64,000 nt of DNA, from positions 1-64,000 of IMG/VR virus record IMGVR_UViG_3300030419_004471. One strand, given 5' to 3'. The translations under genes and the position numbers were made by a program. Below, piece by piece: positions 48,601 through 58,564 of this stretch (positions are counted from its first letter, which is position 1; the number at the start of each line of letters is the position of its first letter). The notes beneath the pieces were generated by a model, which saw only the letters and a program-made list of their open reading frames with translations, did not search any database and had not been told where the DNA came from.

Positions 48601-51540
48601 TTCGGCATAATCGTAAGATGAAGATACATATTCTATATCTAATTTCTCAGTATCAATTCCACTTTGTGATACAAATGTATTTATTAATTTAGCTGATGAT
48701 GTTGAACCACTTGATACCAATTCATCTATAAGTTCATATCCCGTATCTGCTGGTGAACCACAAGCATTAACTCCAAAGTTAGGTCCTTGAAGATGAATAC
48801 AAGCTTGTTTAGAATCATCTACAATAGATACCTCATCTATAATTGGTGCAGTTATTATTTTAGAAATCCAAAGTTCTTGATTAGGTTCAACTTCTTTTGG
48901 TAATGGTTCGTACATTTTAAGAACCAATGCATCGTTCTTTCCATTATCAAGTCTTATATTTGGGTCTGGTTGTCCTGTTAGTTTGTCTATTTTATATTCT
49001 GCAAATGTTACATCATCTCTTTCCCAGTTTGCTATTAATTTATTATCTCCTTTACCAAAATGAGCTAAATGTGTTAAATATTTAGAAGTATCATCATCGA
49101 ATAAATTAAAATCAAATTCAAAAGCACTACATAAATCATCTATTACATTTTGTCTTGGAAGGTCTAAATCACTTTTATCAAAAGTTATTTCTAATACTTC
49201 TGTTTTACCAATTACTTCTTTGCTTGTAGAAGTGTTGTGTGGTATTAATAATACATTAAATTTTAAATCACCATTAGTTTCTTTTATTTGATTACCTATT
49301 TTTTTCAATACAGTTAACATATTGAAATCTACACTTTGATTTGGTGAGAATTTTCCATATAGGTTATCTTTACTACCTAAATAAATGTTAACAAAATTTG
49401 TATTTATTGATTGATACTGAATTGTAAAGTTTACATCGTATCCTCTAAAATCTGCTCCTTTAATTAATGAAGGATAACTAATATTTACAATATCTGGTTC
49501 TTCTACTTCAACTTCATTAACAACATTTATATTAAATCTTTGTGGCTCTCCATCTCCATATCCTACATTTGATGGAATCACATAACCAGTATATTGACCT
49601 GCTCCATTTTTGAACATTGTTTTTGATATTTCAAATATACCTGATTCTTCTGTTCTTTCTATTGTTGTTGCTCCTAGTTGAAATCTAACACTATCTGTAT
49701 TTGTTCCATCATATCCCAAAGGTATCTTTTGTGGATTACCTAAATTATATCTAAACGATGTACCGCTTAATCTTACCGATGGGGTTAGAACTTGTGAAAC
49801 TTTTTCAAAGTTTACTAAAAGTGTCATTGGTCCACCAACATCTAATGTTAATTGGTTAGCTGGTATAGTTTCAAACCCAACCGAATCCTCATCTCCTAAT
49901 CTTCCTTTTAATAATTGGAAATCTTTTATTCTATATTGTGAAGAATCTGCTGCTTGTATTGTTATATTAAAAGCTTCTGTTGCTTTGAATGTATTACTAT
50001 CAATTCTTTGTACATCACCACTGGAATTAACTGTAGCTGAATATAATTGAGTAAGTTCAGAACCATCTTCATTATCACCTGCTGGTGTTAGTACTAATAA
50101 TTCTGGTACTGCAACTACTGGGTCTGGGTCACCCAGATCTGGGTCTTGTCTAGCTCCAACCAAATCAAAATACATATCAAATACACCTGATTCAGAAAAC
50201 TCACCTGGATTAGTAATAGTACCATTAACTCTTTTTGTAACTTTAACTTTGAATTTATTTACTGACTGAGTAATGGTTCGTAATTCGTTTCTTATTGTTG
50301 ATGTACCTCTTCCCGAAGAACCTCCCATTCCTGGTCTATCAGGATTATAACCAAATGCTCCTCCGGCTGTACCTCCACCCATTCTTGCTAACATATTAGC
50401 TTCAGGAGAACCCTGTCCACTAAATCTGCCCTGCATCAATGGATTTAATCCTGCTTGCTCAAATGATGATGCCGTTCCTCCACCAAATCTTCTATAGTTC
50501 TCTAACGTATAATCAACTTGTGTTTGTATTCCTATATCATCAAAAACAGGTATCGATACTTGTTTTTCAAATGTTTCTTCAACCATTTTACCTTGTATAG
50601 TATAGGTTGTTGTATTTGTATGTCCAGTTTTTTGAACTGTTATAGTTTTTGCGTTATCTAATATTTCTTTTTTACTAAAGTTTAATACGCCAGGTGTATT
50701 ACCTGCACCAACTGAACGACCATTTACTAAAATTTCTGCATCTGATGGGTCTGATTTAACTCTAACATTTACCAATCCACTTCCTATTGTATCTGAACCT
50801 TTTGGTACTGTTAGTACTTGGTCTTTTGGGGTTGGCATAGGTGGTATAGCTTCTCCAGCTAATATTAATGCTCTATCTCCCGGTGAATCTCCACTAACTA
50901 TTGGAAGTCCTAATTCAGCTCTGTTTACCTCATCATCAAATGCTCTATCACCAGGAACTCCTCTTACTCTCCTATCCGTTTCATCAAATGCTCTTAATCC
51001 TTCTTTCGTTGAAATTCTACTTTTGTTAAGTCCTCTATTTCTAATAGCATCCATAGCACTTATATCTCCAGGTCGTGCTGGTCTTTCGAAATCCTTTCCT
51101 AAAATGATATCTCTAGTACGTTGTGGTACTCCTGATGATACTACATCTGAAAATCCTCTATCTTGTTTAACTCCTCTACCAGGAATTATTGGTTGTACTT
51201 TAGGTTTTGGTGGAGCTGGTTTTGTTTTTGGATATATCTTAATTGGTGCTGTTGGTCTAAATACAGGCGGGTTTACCATCTGTGGTGGGGCTGGTGATGG
51301 TAATGGTGGTTTTGGTGGAGCTGGGAAAACTCTTGGAGTAGATAATATCTTTTGTATGTTTGATAGAATTGGAATAGGTACTGTTGGTGGTTTTACCACT
51401 TTAGGTAATGACACAGGAGTTTTTATCGAACTTAATCGATTCTTAACGCTAGTTGGTATATTCTTCCTTTTTCCCTTAAAAGGATTACTAGCTTTTCTTC
51501 TTTTGGTCATTCGCCTTTTCTTACTTCTTCTAAACGCCAT
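45613..51540 (-). CDS. Large baseplate wedge-like protein (gp7/P2 gpI-like region, LamG-like domain, PEGA-like domain, disordered N-terminus)
   Basis: NNIPEYIR...FLDMIG...LLKHKGTKRGL wedge-type pattern; FTGSLDEFRIW LamG motif; VKSDPSDAEILVNG PEGA-like. Confidence 0.65.
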   Translation of the reverse strand: MAFRRSKKRRMTKRRKASNPFKGKRKNIPTSVKNRLSSIKTPVSLPKVVKPPTVPIPILSNIQKILSTPRVFPAPPKPPLPSPAPPQMVNPPVFRPTAPIKIYPKTKPAPPKPKVQPIIPGRGVKQDRGFSDVVSSGVPQRTRDIILGKDFERPARPGDISAMDAIRNRGLNKSRISTKEGLRAFDETDRRVRGVPGDRAFDDEVNRAELGLPIVSGDSPGDRALILAGEAIPPMPTPKDQVLTVPKGSDTIGSGLVNVRVKSDPSDAEILVNGRSVGAGNTPGVLNFSKKEILDNAKTITVQKTGHTNTTTYTIQGKMVEETFEKQVSIPVFDDIGIQTQVDYTLENYRRFGGGTASSFEQAGLNPLMQGRFSGQGSPEANMLARMGGGTAGGAFGYNPDRPGMGGSSGRGTSTIRNELRTITQSVNKFKVKVTKRVNGTITNPGEFSESGVFDMYFDLVGARQDPDLGDPDPVVAVPELLVLTPAGDNEDGSELTQLYSATVNSSGDVQRIDSNTFKATEAFNITIQAADSSQYRIKDFQLLKGRLGDEDSVGFETIPANQLTLDVGGPMTLLVNFEKVSQVLTPSVRLSGTSFRYNLGNPQKIPLGYDGTNTDSVRFQLGATTIERTEESGIFEISKTMFKNGAGQYTGYVIPSNVGYGDGEPQRFNINVVNEVEVEEPDIVNISYPSLIKGADFRGYDVNFTIQYQSINTNFVNIYLGSKDNLYGKFSPNQSVDFNMLTVLKKIGNQIKETNGDLKFNVLLIPHNTSTSKEVIGKTEVLEITFDKSDLDLPRQNVIDDLCSAFEFDFNLFDDDTSKYLTHLAHFGKGDNKLIANWERDDVTFAEYKIDKLTGQPDPNIRLDNGKNDALVLKMYEPLPKEVEPNQELWISKIITAPIIDEVSIVDDSKQACIHLQGPNFGVNACGSPADTGYELIDELVSSGSTSSAKLINTFVSQSGIDTEKLDIEYVSSSYDYAETEYGYSVDGSIGETYKFENFAHFGSSEERARNFHYKVSLLEIYSASLDRIDSGSGSSTGSLSVVRERESIVKKQNDIKVNFDGFEKFLYNSTSSLAYPKESDGVTLQSTGSTDTVAWYDTLLVSSSAYDTLNENYLVNNIPEYIRNDGEQEDFVLFLDMIGHHFDILWAYTKALSKNIKIEEKKRVGISDDMLKHVLKNYSWIPHSSQSTKKLWEYVLGYRDSAQTSQLNITGKDYENTIWRRILNNLPYLLKHKGTKRGLSAVLSTYGVPSSLLTIMEFGGPRQQTSQTSTYTFDDRTSAVVMPNDEQNTKILVDWNLENDASSSSAVELRFKTSNQHTQSVITNEPYWNLTLEHQRGNVGRLNFSSSFGSVITESGSLFNDEFTNLVINTNFDSASTGDASASIELVAMQDFQGRIRMEMSSSTDFKPVNTINSYFSGSQLSVGNGFTGSLDEFRIWSSALSASVIRDHSFMPDKTSGNHVSSSTEDLEFRLDFENPENLNVSTSISNVAVGGGSYNVSYATASGFSTNTSYPYHFEVYDREVTAKVPSMGFGPADKFRFESSSLTGNLSYKQRVTKKAFDLAPQDSNRLGLFVSPTKELNMDIIKSLPDLSIDDYIGEPGHQYKDTYPDLDELRDYVFARYNLNIYEYINLIKYIDKSLFETVKQMIPARAKLVDGLLIEPHFLERSKEERKKPTGTIMTSSQGDFDVSKGSVVNVDLSLLQKDSTLNLTSSVEFEAYNLQYETYISESSTVDLDTAFLNYNTEIDNIATTNLESSILRNSGSTDGSFVVPIDTVVDAPESSSSELESLTGTFIGLDDYSFSNIGYGLGPVKNGYGQRIYRDKFNNYKKEDVRVWIIKKEKKFKQKINIDSKDKSIGTQVSESVSRFKTIVSFVPSASNEYWTSSLSGMVGTEDEDGTIVQVTAAEGILPGHYELVSEKPTALENLYFKGCKQTQATTLDGTPPVEVFTTNPNTLKVSDSGRGSGEPILEVE

Positions 51541-51543
51541 CTA

Positions 51544-53391
51544 TTATCCTCCTTTCCTATATCCACTAAATGTATTTCCTGGTGTAAACCTATTTTGCAT
51601 TCTACCACCACCCATTATGCCTGAATTTGCAAATGGATTTCCATAATCAGGTCCTGCTGAAACTCCTCCTCCACTTCTTGGTAATCTTGGAGCTGGTGGT
51701 AATTTTATTGTTCCTAAGTTTTTTAATGCACTAAGATTAATTGGTGGAACTTGAAATTTTGTTCTAATTGGTGGAGGTGGTACAACTGGTAATGATTGTT
51801 TAAAATTTTGTACTGCTCCTGCATCCCCAGTAGCACCAGGTGCATATATTGGTCCAATATTAATTTTTGGAAATGCTGGAGTAAATATTGGTGGTAATTT
51901 TATTTCTGGTAAGTCAAATTTTATTTTAGTAAAATCCATCTTCTCCAAATTTCTTTTAACTTCTTCTTGAATCTTGTCTAAATCAATCAATGGTGGAAGT
52001 TCTGGCACTGTTGTTTTTGGTATTATAAACTTAGGTACTGGAGTATTCTCCATACAAAGTTCTTTTTTTACAATAGTAACTCCTGATATTGATGCTTTAA
52101 CAGTTCCTTCTTCTGCACATATTTTTGCGTTTTTACCTTTTGGTATATTAAATGATATTGCTTCTCCTCCCATATTTTTATATTTAACAACAGCCGTATC
52201 TGGAGCGCTAACATTAGTTACTGCATAGTAGTAGTAACAAATAGGTGGAGTAGTTACCTTTACTGGTGGAGATGGTATTGGTTTTTCCTTTTTTGGTTTA
52301 GGTAATGGTGCTGGTGGATTATATACAGCTGCAGCTGAAACAAGAGATTGTGGTTTTACAATTCTTCTTCTTTGAGTTACCTTTGTATCTATACTTTTGC
52401 TTGAATTAAATTTTTGTAATATCTTTTTTACTTTATCTCTTGATTCCAATAATTCCATTGTTGGTAAAGATTTTACTTGTAAATTTCTTAATGGTAAATA
52501 ATAATCTATTACATCACAAACTATTTTATTCGATTTTCTTATTAATCTTCTAACATCTAATCTTTGTGCCGATGGTTTTCTTTTTCTACCTCTACGATTT
52601 TGTTTTCTCTTACCTTTAAATTCAAATACATTGTTAGATAAAGGTTTACCATAATTGTTACTTCTAATATTAAATTCTCTATTAGTAACAAAATAGTTTA
52701 TAGCTTCTCTTGCTTTATCAACCACATCGTTTATAAACAAATCGAAATTATCTATTTTAAATTCTCTTTTAATTTGATTTATATAATCTTCACCAAACAA
52801 AGCTCTTAATTTTTCCTTTACAGTAATTGCGTTTAAAGAATTAGTAAACCCATCTAATCTATTTATAATATCATCTCTAAAATCTCCATTTTCTAATAAG
52901 ATATTATATCTTTCATTTAAATCATTAGCTAATCTTTCATCTGTAGCTTTAATTGGTAATACTCTAATCTCTGTTCTTGATGGTGATATTTCGTGAATCC
53001 AAACTTTATTTTGATTATGTTCACTACCAACTCTTTTATTTAATAATGTTACTTGAGTTCTAAATAATCCGTTACTATATCCAGCCTCATTTATTAATCT
53101 TTCAATATCTACAAAATATTCAGCTGGTTTATTTGATGCTTGTTCTCTTGCTATAAGAATATATTTTCTAATGTTTTCTACATCTGAAATATTTACATAC
53201 CTAACCATCTTTCCTTCTTCACCCTGTGGTAATTGGTTATCTCCTTGGTCATAAAGAATAAATTCGATTGTATCAGTTACTCCTCTACCGAAATAAGAAG
53301 GTAAGACTCCTCTTTCAAAGATTTTTCTATCTTTGATATCAACTCTCTGAGCTACTTTGTTTAATACTTCTTTGTAATTCTTTATAGCCAT
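51544..53391 (-). CDS. Putative baseplate-associated structural protein with Pro-rich C-terminus
   Basis: EISPSRTEIR motif; position within the baseplate gene run. Confidence 0.55.
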   Translation of the reverse strand: MAIKNYKEVLNKVAQRVDIKDRKIFERGVLPSYFGRGVTDTIEFILYDQGDNQLPQGEEGKMVRYVNISDVENIRKYILIAREQASNKPAEYFVDIERLINEAGYSNGLFRTQVTLLNKRVGSEHNQNKVWIHEISPSRTEIRVLPIKATDERLANDLNERYNILLENGDFRDDIINRLDGFTNSLNAITVKEKLRALFGEDYINQIKREFKIDNFDLFINDVVDKAREAINYFVTNREFNIRSNNYGKPLSNNVFEFKGKRKQNRRGRKRKPSAQRLDVRRLIRKSNKIVCDVIDYYLPLRNLQVKSLPTMELLESRDKVKKILQKFNSSKSIDTKVTQRRRIVKPQSLVSAAAVYNPPAPLPKPKKEKPIPSPPVKVTTPPICYYYYAVTNVSAPDTAVVKYKNMGGEAISFNIPKGKNAKICAEEGTVKASISGVTIVKKELCMENTPVPKFIIPKTTVPELPPLIDLDKIQEEVKRNLEKMDFTKIKFDLPEIKLPPIFTPAFPKINIGPIYAPGATGDAGAVQNFKQSLPVVPPPPIRTKFQVPPINLSALKNLGTIKLPPAPRLPRSGGGVSAGPDYGNPFANSGIMGGGRMQNRFTPGNTFSGYRKGG

Positions 53392-53393
53392 TA

Positions 53394-54407
53394 TTATCCT
53401 CTATGATGTGTGTTCTTATAATATAAACTAACTTCAGCGCCAGCTGCTTTTACTCTCAATGTTCCTTTGTAATCATTTTTCTTTCTACCTCTTCCGTTTA
53501 GAGCTTTTTTACCTGCAGGTCCGCACTTTACAATTTTGTTTTCACCTGGTTGTAATGTTACGTCAGGTGGTGGTACTAGCCACTTATCTCCATCTCTTGT
53601 AAAGGTAACAGTTATTGGTTCTGTAAATGTGTTTAGTAATTCAATATTTGGTCCATTTTTCCAACCAGTGTTTCTTGTTCCTCTTCTTGTACTATAGTAA
53701 TATAATTCTGCAGAAGTTGAATCAGATGATTTTGGAGTACAATTAACAGTAAACTTATCTCCACCCGCTTCTGCCCCTGCAGCTAATTGAGCTGTCTTAC
53801 CAGCAACTTGCTCTTCCAATGTACTAACTTGCTTAACTAATGCTTCTTTTTGTGCAGTTAAACCTTCTACTTGTGCTTCCAATGAAACTCTTTCAATTGC
53901 TTCTGCTACTGATTTTGCAATAGCTTGTTGTAAATCTGTTACGGTGTTTGAGTATTTATCTGCTAATGCTTCGGCACTATTTTCTGCAACAGCTACTCTT
54001 AATTCAGCTGAATCTAATTCGGCTTTTAATCCTTCTATTTGTGATTCTAAATCAGATACCTTAGCTCTAAGGTTATCTATTATTGATTGTAATTCTTTTT
54101 CTCTCTCCAAACAAGCATTTAATTGAGCTAAAAGAGAATCATAGTCTTCTTGTAAAACTACTGCAGCTAAATCTTTTGGCTTATCTCCTATAAGTTCATC
54201 TACTACAGTATCAACAGCTAATAGAAGTTGTTCTTCATCGTATTTTTTTCTATGAAGTCTACCGCTCATCTCACCATCCATTGAACCATTCTTTTTCTTC
54301 ATTTGCTCTGCAAAGAAGTTATGCCTTCCATATGGGTCTATGGATTTGATGGCTTGTGAACCGCTTGTGGTAAGTTCGTCTATTCTTGTTTGTTTGTCTA
54401 ATGCCAT
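53394..54407 (-). CDS. Coiled-coil structural protein with C-terminal Ig-like domain (putative)
   Basis: Long heptad region, then a beta-sandwich-like segment LQPGENKIV. Confidence 0.55.
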   Translation of the reverse strand: MALDKQTRIDELTTSGSQAIKSIDPYGRHNFFAEQMKKKNGSMDGEMSGRLHRKKYDEEQLLLAVDTVVDELIGDKPKDLAAVVLQEDYDSLLAQLNACLEREKELQSIIDNLRAKVSDLESQIEGLKAELDSAELRVAVAENSAEALADKYSNTVTDLQQAIAKSVAEAIERVSLEAQVEGLTAQKEALVKQVSTLEEQVAGKTAQLAAGAEAGGDKFTVNCTPKSSDSTSAELYYYSTRRGTRNTGWKNGPNIELLNTFTEPITVTFTRDGDKWLVPPPDVTLQPGENKIVKCGPAGKKALNGRGRKKNDYKGTLRVKAAGAEVSLYYKNTHHRG

Positions 54408-55465
54408 TATTCAGTTACTTCAAATATATAATCATCATCGTGATATTCTATAGAACCACTTCGTTCTATTTTTAATTCTACCTTATAACTTCTGTTTACC
54501 TCAAAGTTTGTTAAATCTAACTTAATCCTACTTTTATTATCATAGGTACTAATCTTAGAGTAATCACCATAAGGAATAATGATATCATTACTTTCATTAT
54601 CTCTAATTTGGTAGAATGATGATGTTGGAAGTAAACTGCCTGTGGAGTATCCGAATGTATTGCTAAATGTTTTTTGTGGATACAATTCTCTTGCGAATAC
54701 CTCTATATCACCTCTCCAACCAAGTTTATAAGATTTTTTTAATCGTTTTAATGATACTTTGTATTCTTCTGCTAGTGCGGTTAATGAACCTGTTTCATAT
54801 TGACTATCATCCCAACCAATTCTAATTTTTGGTTGATATATTGTATGAGTTTCTTTACTGAAGAATTTTAGTTGTCCATAATCAACATCATCATTTTCCT
54901 TAGTTGAACTATGTTTTATGATAAATCCTTCATTTGAATATCCCCCATCTATCCAGAATGATAAAGATGAAGAAACATCTACTATTAAATCCGATGATTC
55001 ATAATCATATGATTGAGTTACTTGAGAACCAGTGTACCACATTCCTCCTTTTCCATCATCAGAACCTGTAGCGCTTCCACTGTTAGGTACACCTGATGGT
55101 AACCAATCTGAACCACTATCTCTATAGTTCCAAGTTACTCCATCAATTGATATGTCATCAAAACGAGTTCCAACTCCCATTTCCCAGCTTTGTGATACTG
55201 GATTTATTTCTAATGAATAATTTAATGCAATTTCTGATGGTTCTGTTTCTCTCATTACCAATTCAGCAACACTCATTGTTACATCCCCATCAACTAAACT
55301 TTGTGATAACGTATTTGTATCGAATTTAACAAGAGAACGGGCAACATCTTTTAACGAGCCATAATAAATTTTAGACACTTCTAATATCTCATCCAACCCA
55401 GTGTTCTGAGTTGGTTGTTGTTGAAATATAGTTGCATCTTTAGATGCTGTTAAAAAATAATACAT
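54407..55465 (-). CDS. Putative structural protein (DNRLRE-like beta domain)
   Basis: KDATI...RSLVKFD...VTW...NEGFIIK...FFSKE...PKI pattern. Confidence 0.5.
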   Translation of the reverse strand: MYYFLTASKDATIFQQQPTQNTGLDEILEVSKIYYGSLKDVARSLVKFDTNTLSQSLVDGDVTMSVAELVMRETEPSEIALNYSLEINPVSQSWEMGVGTRFDDISIDGVTWNYRDSGSDWLPSGVPNSGSATGSDDGKGGMWYTGSQVTQSYDYESSDLIVDVSSSLSFWIDGGYSNEGFIIKHSSTKENDDVDYGQLKFFSKETHTIYQPKIRIGWDDSQYETGSLTALAEEYKVSLKRLKKSYKLGWRGDIEVFARELYPQKTFSNTFGYSTGSLLPTSSFYQIRDNESNDIIIPYGDYSKISTYDNKSRIKLDLTNFEVNRSYKVELKIERSGSIEYHDDDYIFEVTE

Positions 55466-57516
55466 TATACAACCCTCCCCCTTATATCTTTATCTGGATA
55501 TTTAACTTCGAATACACACGGGTCTAACGAAGGATATATTTGTTTATTCTTCGTTGCTGCCAATACATCATATTCATTTACGGAATAACCCGATGCCGTA
55601 CCACATAGATTTTTAAATTCAGTCTTAACAACCGATTGTACTCCTTCTATGTTTCCTATTAACATTTCTACATCTCCAATGTTAATTGGCATATTAAATG
55701 TCCATTTATCTATTTCAAAATATTCTTTAAGAGCAGTAATACAATTAGTTAATACTTCTCTTTTATTATAATCTCCATATACTCTAACATCGAAATCCAA
55801 ACCTATGTTTACTACAAATCCATCAAGGAGATTTACACCATCGGTTAACATTCTATGTTCGCTTAAATATGTTTTTAAATTTTCTTTTACTGCTCTATTA
55901 AGAGAAGCTAATCTTTTGTTTGAATCATATCCTAACACATATAGATTTACTGCAAAAGGATTATTTTTTTCTTTTATGTTTTGTTTTTTGTTTGATAAGA
56001 ATTTAGTTATTGATTCTTTTATCTCACCATCTTCAACCTTTCCATCAGAAACTATATCTTGTACTATTCTGGAAAATTCATCTAATGCGGTTGGTGATGC
56101 TAAAACTGATGATGGTGAATTATCATCCAATCTACCATCAGCTTGTACGAATGCTTTTGTAATATTACCAAACTTAGGTGGCATGGATAATGCTCTTACT
56201 TGATAATCTTTTGCAGTTACTGCTCTATTCTGAGCTCCAAAATTTGCTATTGCATTTTCTCTAATCTCTTCTAATGTTTCTGCTCCTCTACCACCAGTTG
56301 CTGGTTGGTCGTTATCTACTGCTAAAGAGTTCTTTACTGTTGTGTATAAGTTTACTGCTGTTTGGTCGAATGAAGAGGTATCCTCATCATATTCTACTTT
56401 TGTTATTCTTTTTATTGTATTTGCTGCTACATTTGATTTAACTCCACCACCAACTAAATACTTAACAGTCATTGTTGTATTCTTAGGTGATTGTCCATAA
56501 GATTTAGTTAATAAGAAATTTGATGGGTCGAAAGATGCTCCTAACTTATCTATTGAATTTGGTAATCCTAATCCAACATTTTTAAATGTAGGTATCATTA
56601 ACTCATCATTTTTTCCTGCATCCCCACTACCAAATTGAATTGATGTACTTCCATTTGGGTTTGTTACTGCTTTAAATCTTCTAGGAGTTTTTATTACTTT
56701 TAATATTTGTGGTACACTATCTCTAAATTGAAATAAATCTTTATCTTGTCCTTCAGTATTAGAATATTCTACATATACCATTTCTTGTCCCAAATAAGGA
56801 ACTTTGTAATATTTGTTATTGTTAGCATCTCTTACATCAAATATATCAATAACATTATTATCAGGAATATCTATTTTCGCATTTTCAGATTGAGTTGCAC
56901 TAAATGTAATTTCAATCTTTTTCTCTTCGGCTGAAATAACATCAACATATTTTTTTACTAAATAAAATTTAGGATTATTTGTATCTCCATCTCTTTCATA
57001 TATTGTTGTTTCTCTATCTGTTGAATCTGCAAAATCTAACAAATCTGTTGTTCTAAATTGAACACCATCTGCATCCAACTCCATACCTTCTTTAATTCTA
57101 AGGTAATAATCTTCATCTGGCTCAAATGCTAAATCTCCCGATGAGACTGGGTTTGTTAATCTTCTTGATGGTACTAATTGGAACACACTTAGTTTTGTTG
57201 TAGCTGGTGATGTGACTTTTGGTCTGTATCCCATCATCTTTGATAGTTCAAAAATATTTTCTCTATCTTGTGCTGTTGTTAATAATGATTCTCTAAGTGT
57301 ATCATCTATATAATATCCTAATACATCTCCAATATAAGATGCCATCTCTATAAACATCATACCTGGTGATGATTCATTAAAATCATTATATGTAGTAGGG
57401 AAATATGTTTTAGCAAACTCAATTAGATTTTCTCTAAAATCTACAAAGTCTTTATTAAGGTATTTTATATCTCTACCTTTATTCTTAAAATCTTTTATTT
57501 GATTATTTAATGCCAT
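55465..57516 (-). CDS. Baseplate wedge subunit (T4 gp6-like)
   Basis: DFNESSPG, FGSG, YLVGGG, ATGG...ET...QNRAVTAKDY. Confidence 0.92.
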   Translation of the reverse strand: MALNNQIKDFKNKGRDIKYLNKDFVDFRENLIEFAKTYFPTTYNDFNESSPGMMFIEMASYIGDVLGYYIDDTLRESLLTTAQDRENIFELSKMMGYRPKVTSPATTKLSVFQLVPSRRLTNPVSSGDLAFEPDEDYYLRIKEGMELDADGVQFRTTDLLDFADSTDRETTIYERDGDTNNPKFYLVKKYVDVISAEEKKIEITFSATQSENAKIDIPDNNVIDIFDVRDANNNKYYKVPYLGQEMVYVEYSNTEGQDKDLFQFRDSVPQILKVIKTPRRFKAVTNPNGSTSIQFGSGDAGKNDELMIPTFKNVGLGLPNSIDKLGASFDPSNFLLTKSYGQSPKNTTMTVKYLVGGGVKSNVAANTIKRITKVEYDEDTSSFDQTAVNLYTTVKNSLAVDNDQPATGGRGAETLEEIRENAIANFGAQNRAVTAKDYQVRALSMPPKFGNITKAFVQADGRLDDNSPSSVLASPTALDEFSRIVQDIVSDGKVEDGEIKESITKFLSNKKQNIKEKNNPFAVNLYVLGYDSNKRLASLNRAVKENLKTYLSEHRMLTDGVNLLDGFVVNIGLDFDVRVYGDYNKREVLTNCITALKEYFEIDKWTFNMPINIGDVEMLIGNIEGVQSVVKTEFKNLCGTASGYSVNEYDVLAATKNKQIYPSLDPCVFEVKYPDKDIRGRVV

Positions 57517-57517
57517 C

Positions 57518-57949
57518 TTACTCCTCTACTAAAAATGTTACATTTCCTAATTGTTGTTGTCCTTGTTGTTTAAATTTAATACTTACTTTAGCTTGATTAT
57601 TATCTGTATATTCTTTACTAACATCCACATCAATATCTTCTACGATTACATAAGGTAACCACTTTTCTAATGCTTCATTAATTGTATTCTCAACATCTTC
57701 TTCGAATCTCTCCGTAGCTGGGTTGAATAATAAATCGTGTATTCCACTTCCAAACTCAGGTTGAAATATTCTTTCACCTTTTTTAGTAAGTAATAAATTT
57801 TTAATATTAGATTTAACCTGGTCAAAAGTTTGGAAGGATTGTCTAAAGTATCCTGTCTCTCCTTTTTGAATAGGTAGAGTTATCCCTACTGCAAAGTTAT
57901 TGAACTCTTCAGTATCTATTACAATCTTTTTTGATAACTCATATGCCAT
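57518..57949 (-). CDS. Baseplate wedge subunit (gp25/GPW-like)
   Basis: IKNLLLTKKGERIFQPEFGS...WLP. Confidence 0.92.
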   Translation of the reverse strand: MAYELSKKIVIDTEEFNNFAVGITLPIQKGETGYFRQSFQTFDQVKSNIKNLLLTKKGERIFQPEFGSGIHDLLFNPATERFEEDVENTINEALEKWLPYVIVEDIDVDVSKEYTDNNQAKVSIKFKQQGQQQLGNVTFLVEE

Positions 57950-57951
57950 AA

Positions 57952-58515
57952 TTAAGCTCCCGGTCTAAATCTTTCTTTGTTACTCATAGCTTTTACAAGC
58001 TCTGTATTGTCTCTATTTAAAATCTTATCTAATCCTGCTAATCCAGTTTGTACTCCCAATCCTTTAGGACTTGCTCCTCTTCCTTGAGCTTGTAAATCTC
58101 CATAACCCATTTTTTGAGCCATAGAATCTTTTAATCCTAAACTAACACCAACTGGTGCTTCACTTCCCATTGGAACATTGTGTGTACCAAATGATACAGT
58201 TTTATCTATATCTGGTTCTGCAACTGCTGTTTGGTTTAGTACTTCATTCAATATTGCATTCTTAGTATATTTTATTTCTTCAGAAGATTCTGTATTAGAA
58301 TTTTCTGCTCTATCTTTTTCTAAAACTGCTTCAGCTAAAGAAAATGGGTCAACATCTTTAGTTTCTTTTTTAGAAACTTTAGTTTGTTTCATACGTTTCT
58401 TCACTTCTTCCTCTAATATTTTTGGAAAAGTGGTTTTAAGAAATTGTTCTTGCTTCTTAGCAACTTCAACTTCTACAAGTGATTTTATAACTTTTACTAA
58501 TTTTTTAGAATCCAT
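57952..58515 (-). CDS. Hypothetical protein
   Basis: 187 aa; N-terminal LVKVIKSLVEVEV, ILNEVLNQT; own promoter motif. Confidence 0.7.
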   Translation of the reverse strand: MDSKKLVKVIKSLVEVEVAKKQEQFLKTTFPKILEEEVKKRMKQTKVSKKETKDVDPFSLAEAVLEKDRAENSNTESSEEIKYTKNAILNEVLNQTAVAEPDIDKTVSFGTHNVPMGSEAPVGVSLGLKDSMAQKMGYGDLQAQGRGASPKGLGVQTGLAGLDKILNRDNTELVKAMSNKERFRPGA

Positions 58516-58536
58516 AATTTTTCCTTTGTTTACTAC

Positions 58537-58545
58537 TATAAATAT
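58537..58545 (-). promoter_or_regulatory. Putative late promoter motif ATATTTATA
   Basis: Intergenic, upstream of the 58515 start. Confidence 0.7.
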
Positions 58546-58564
58546 ACGTTAATTATATTTTACT

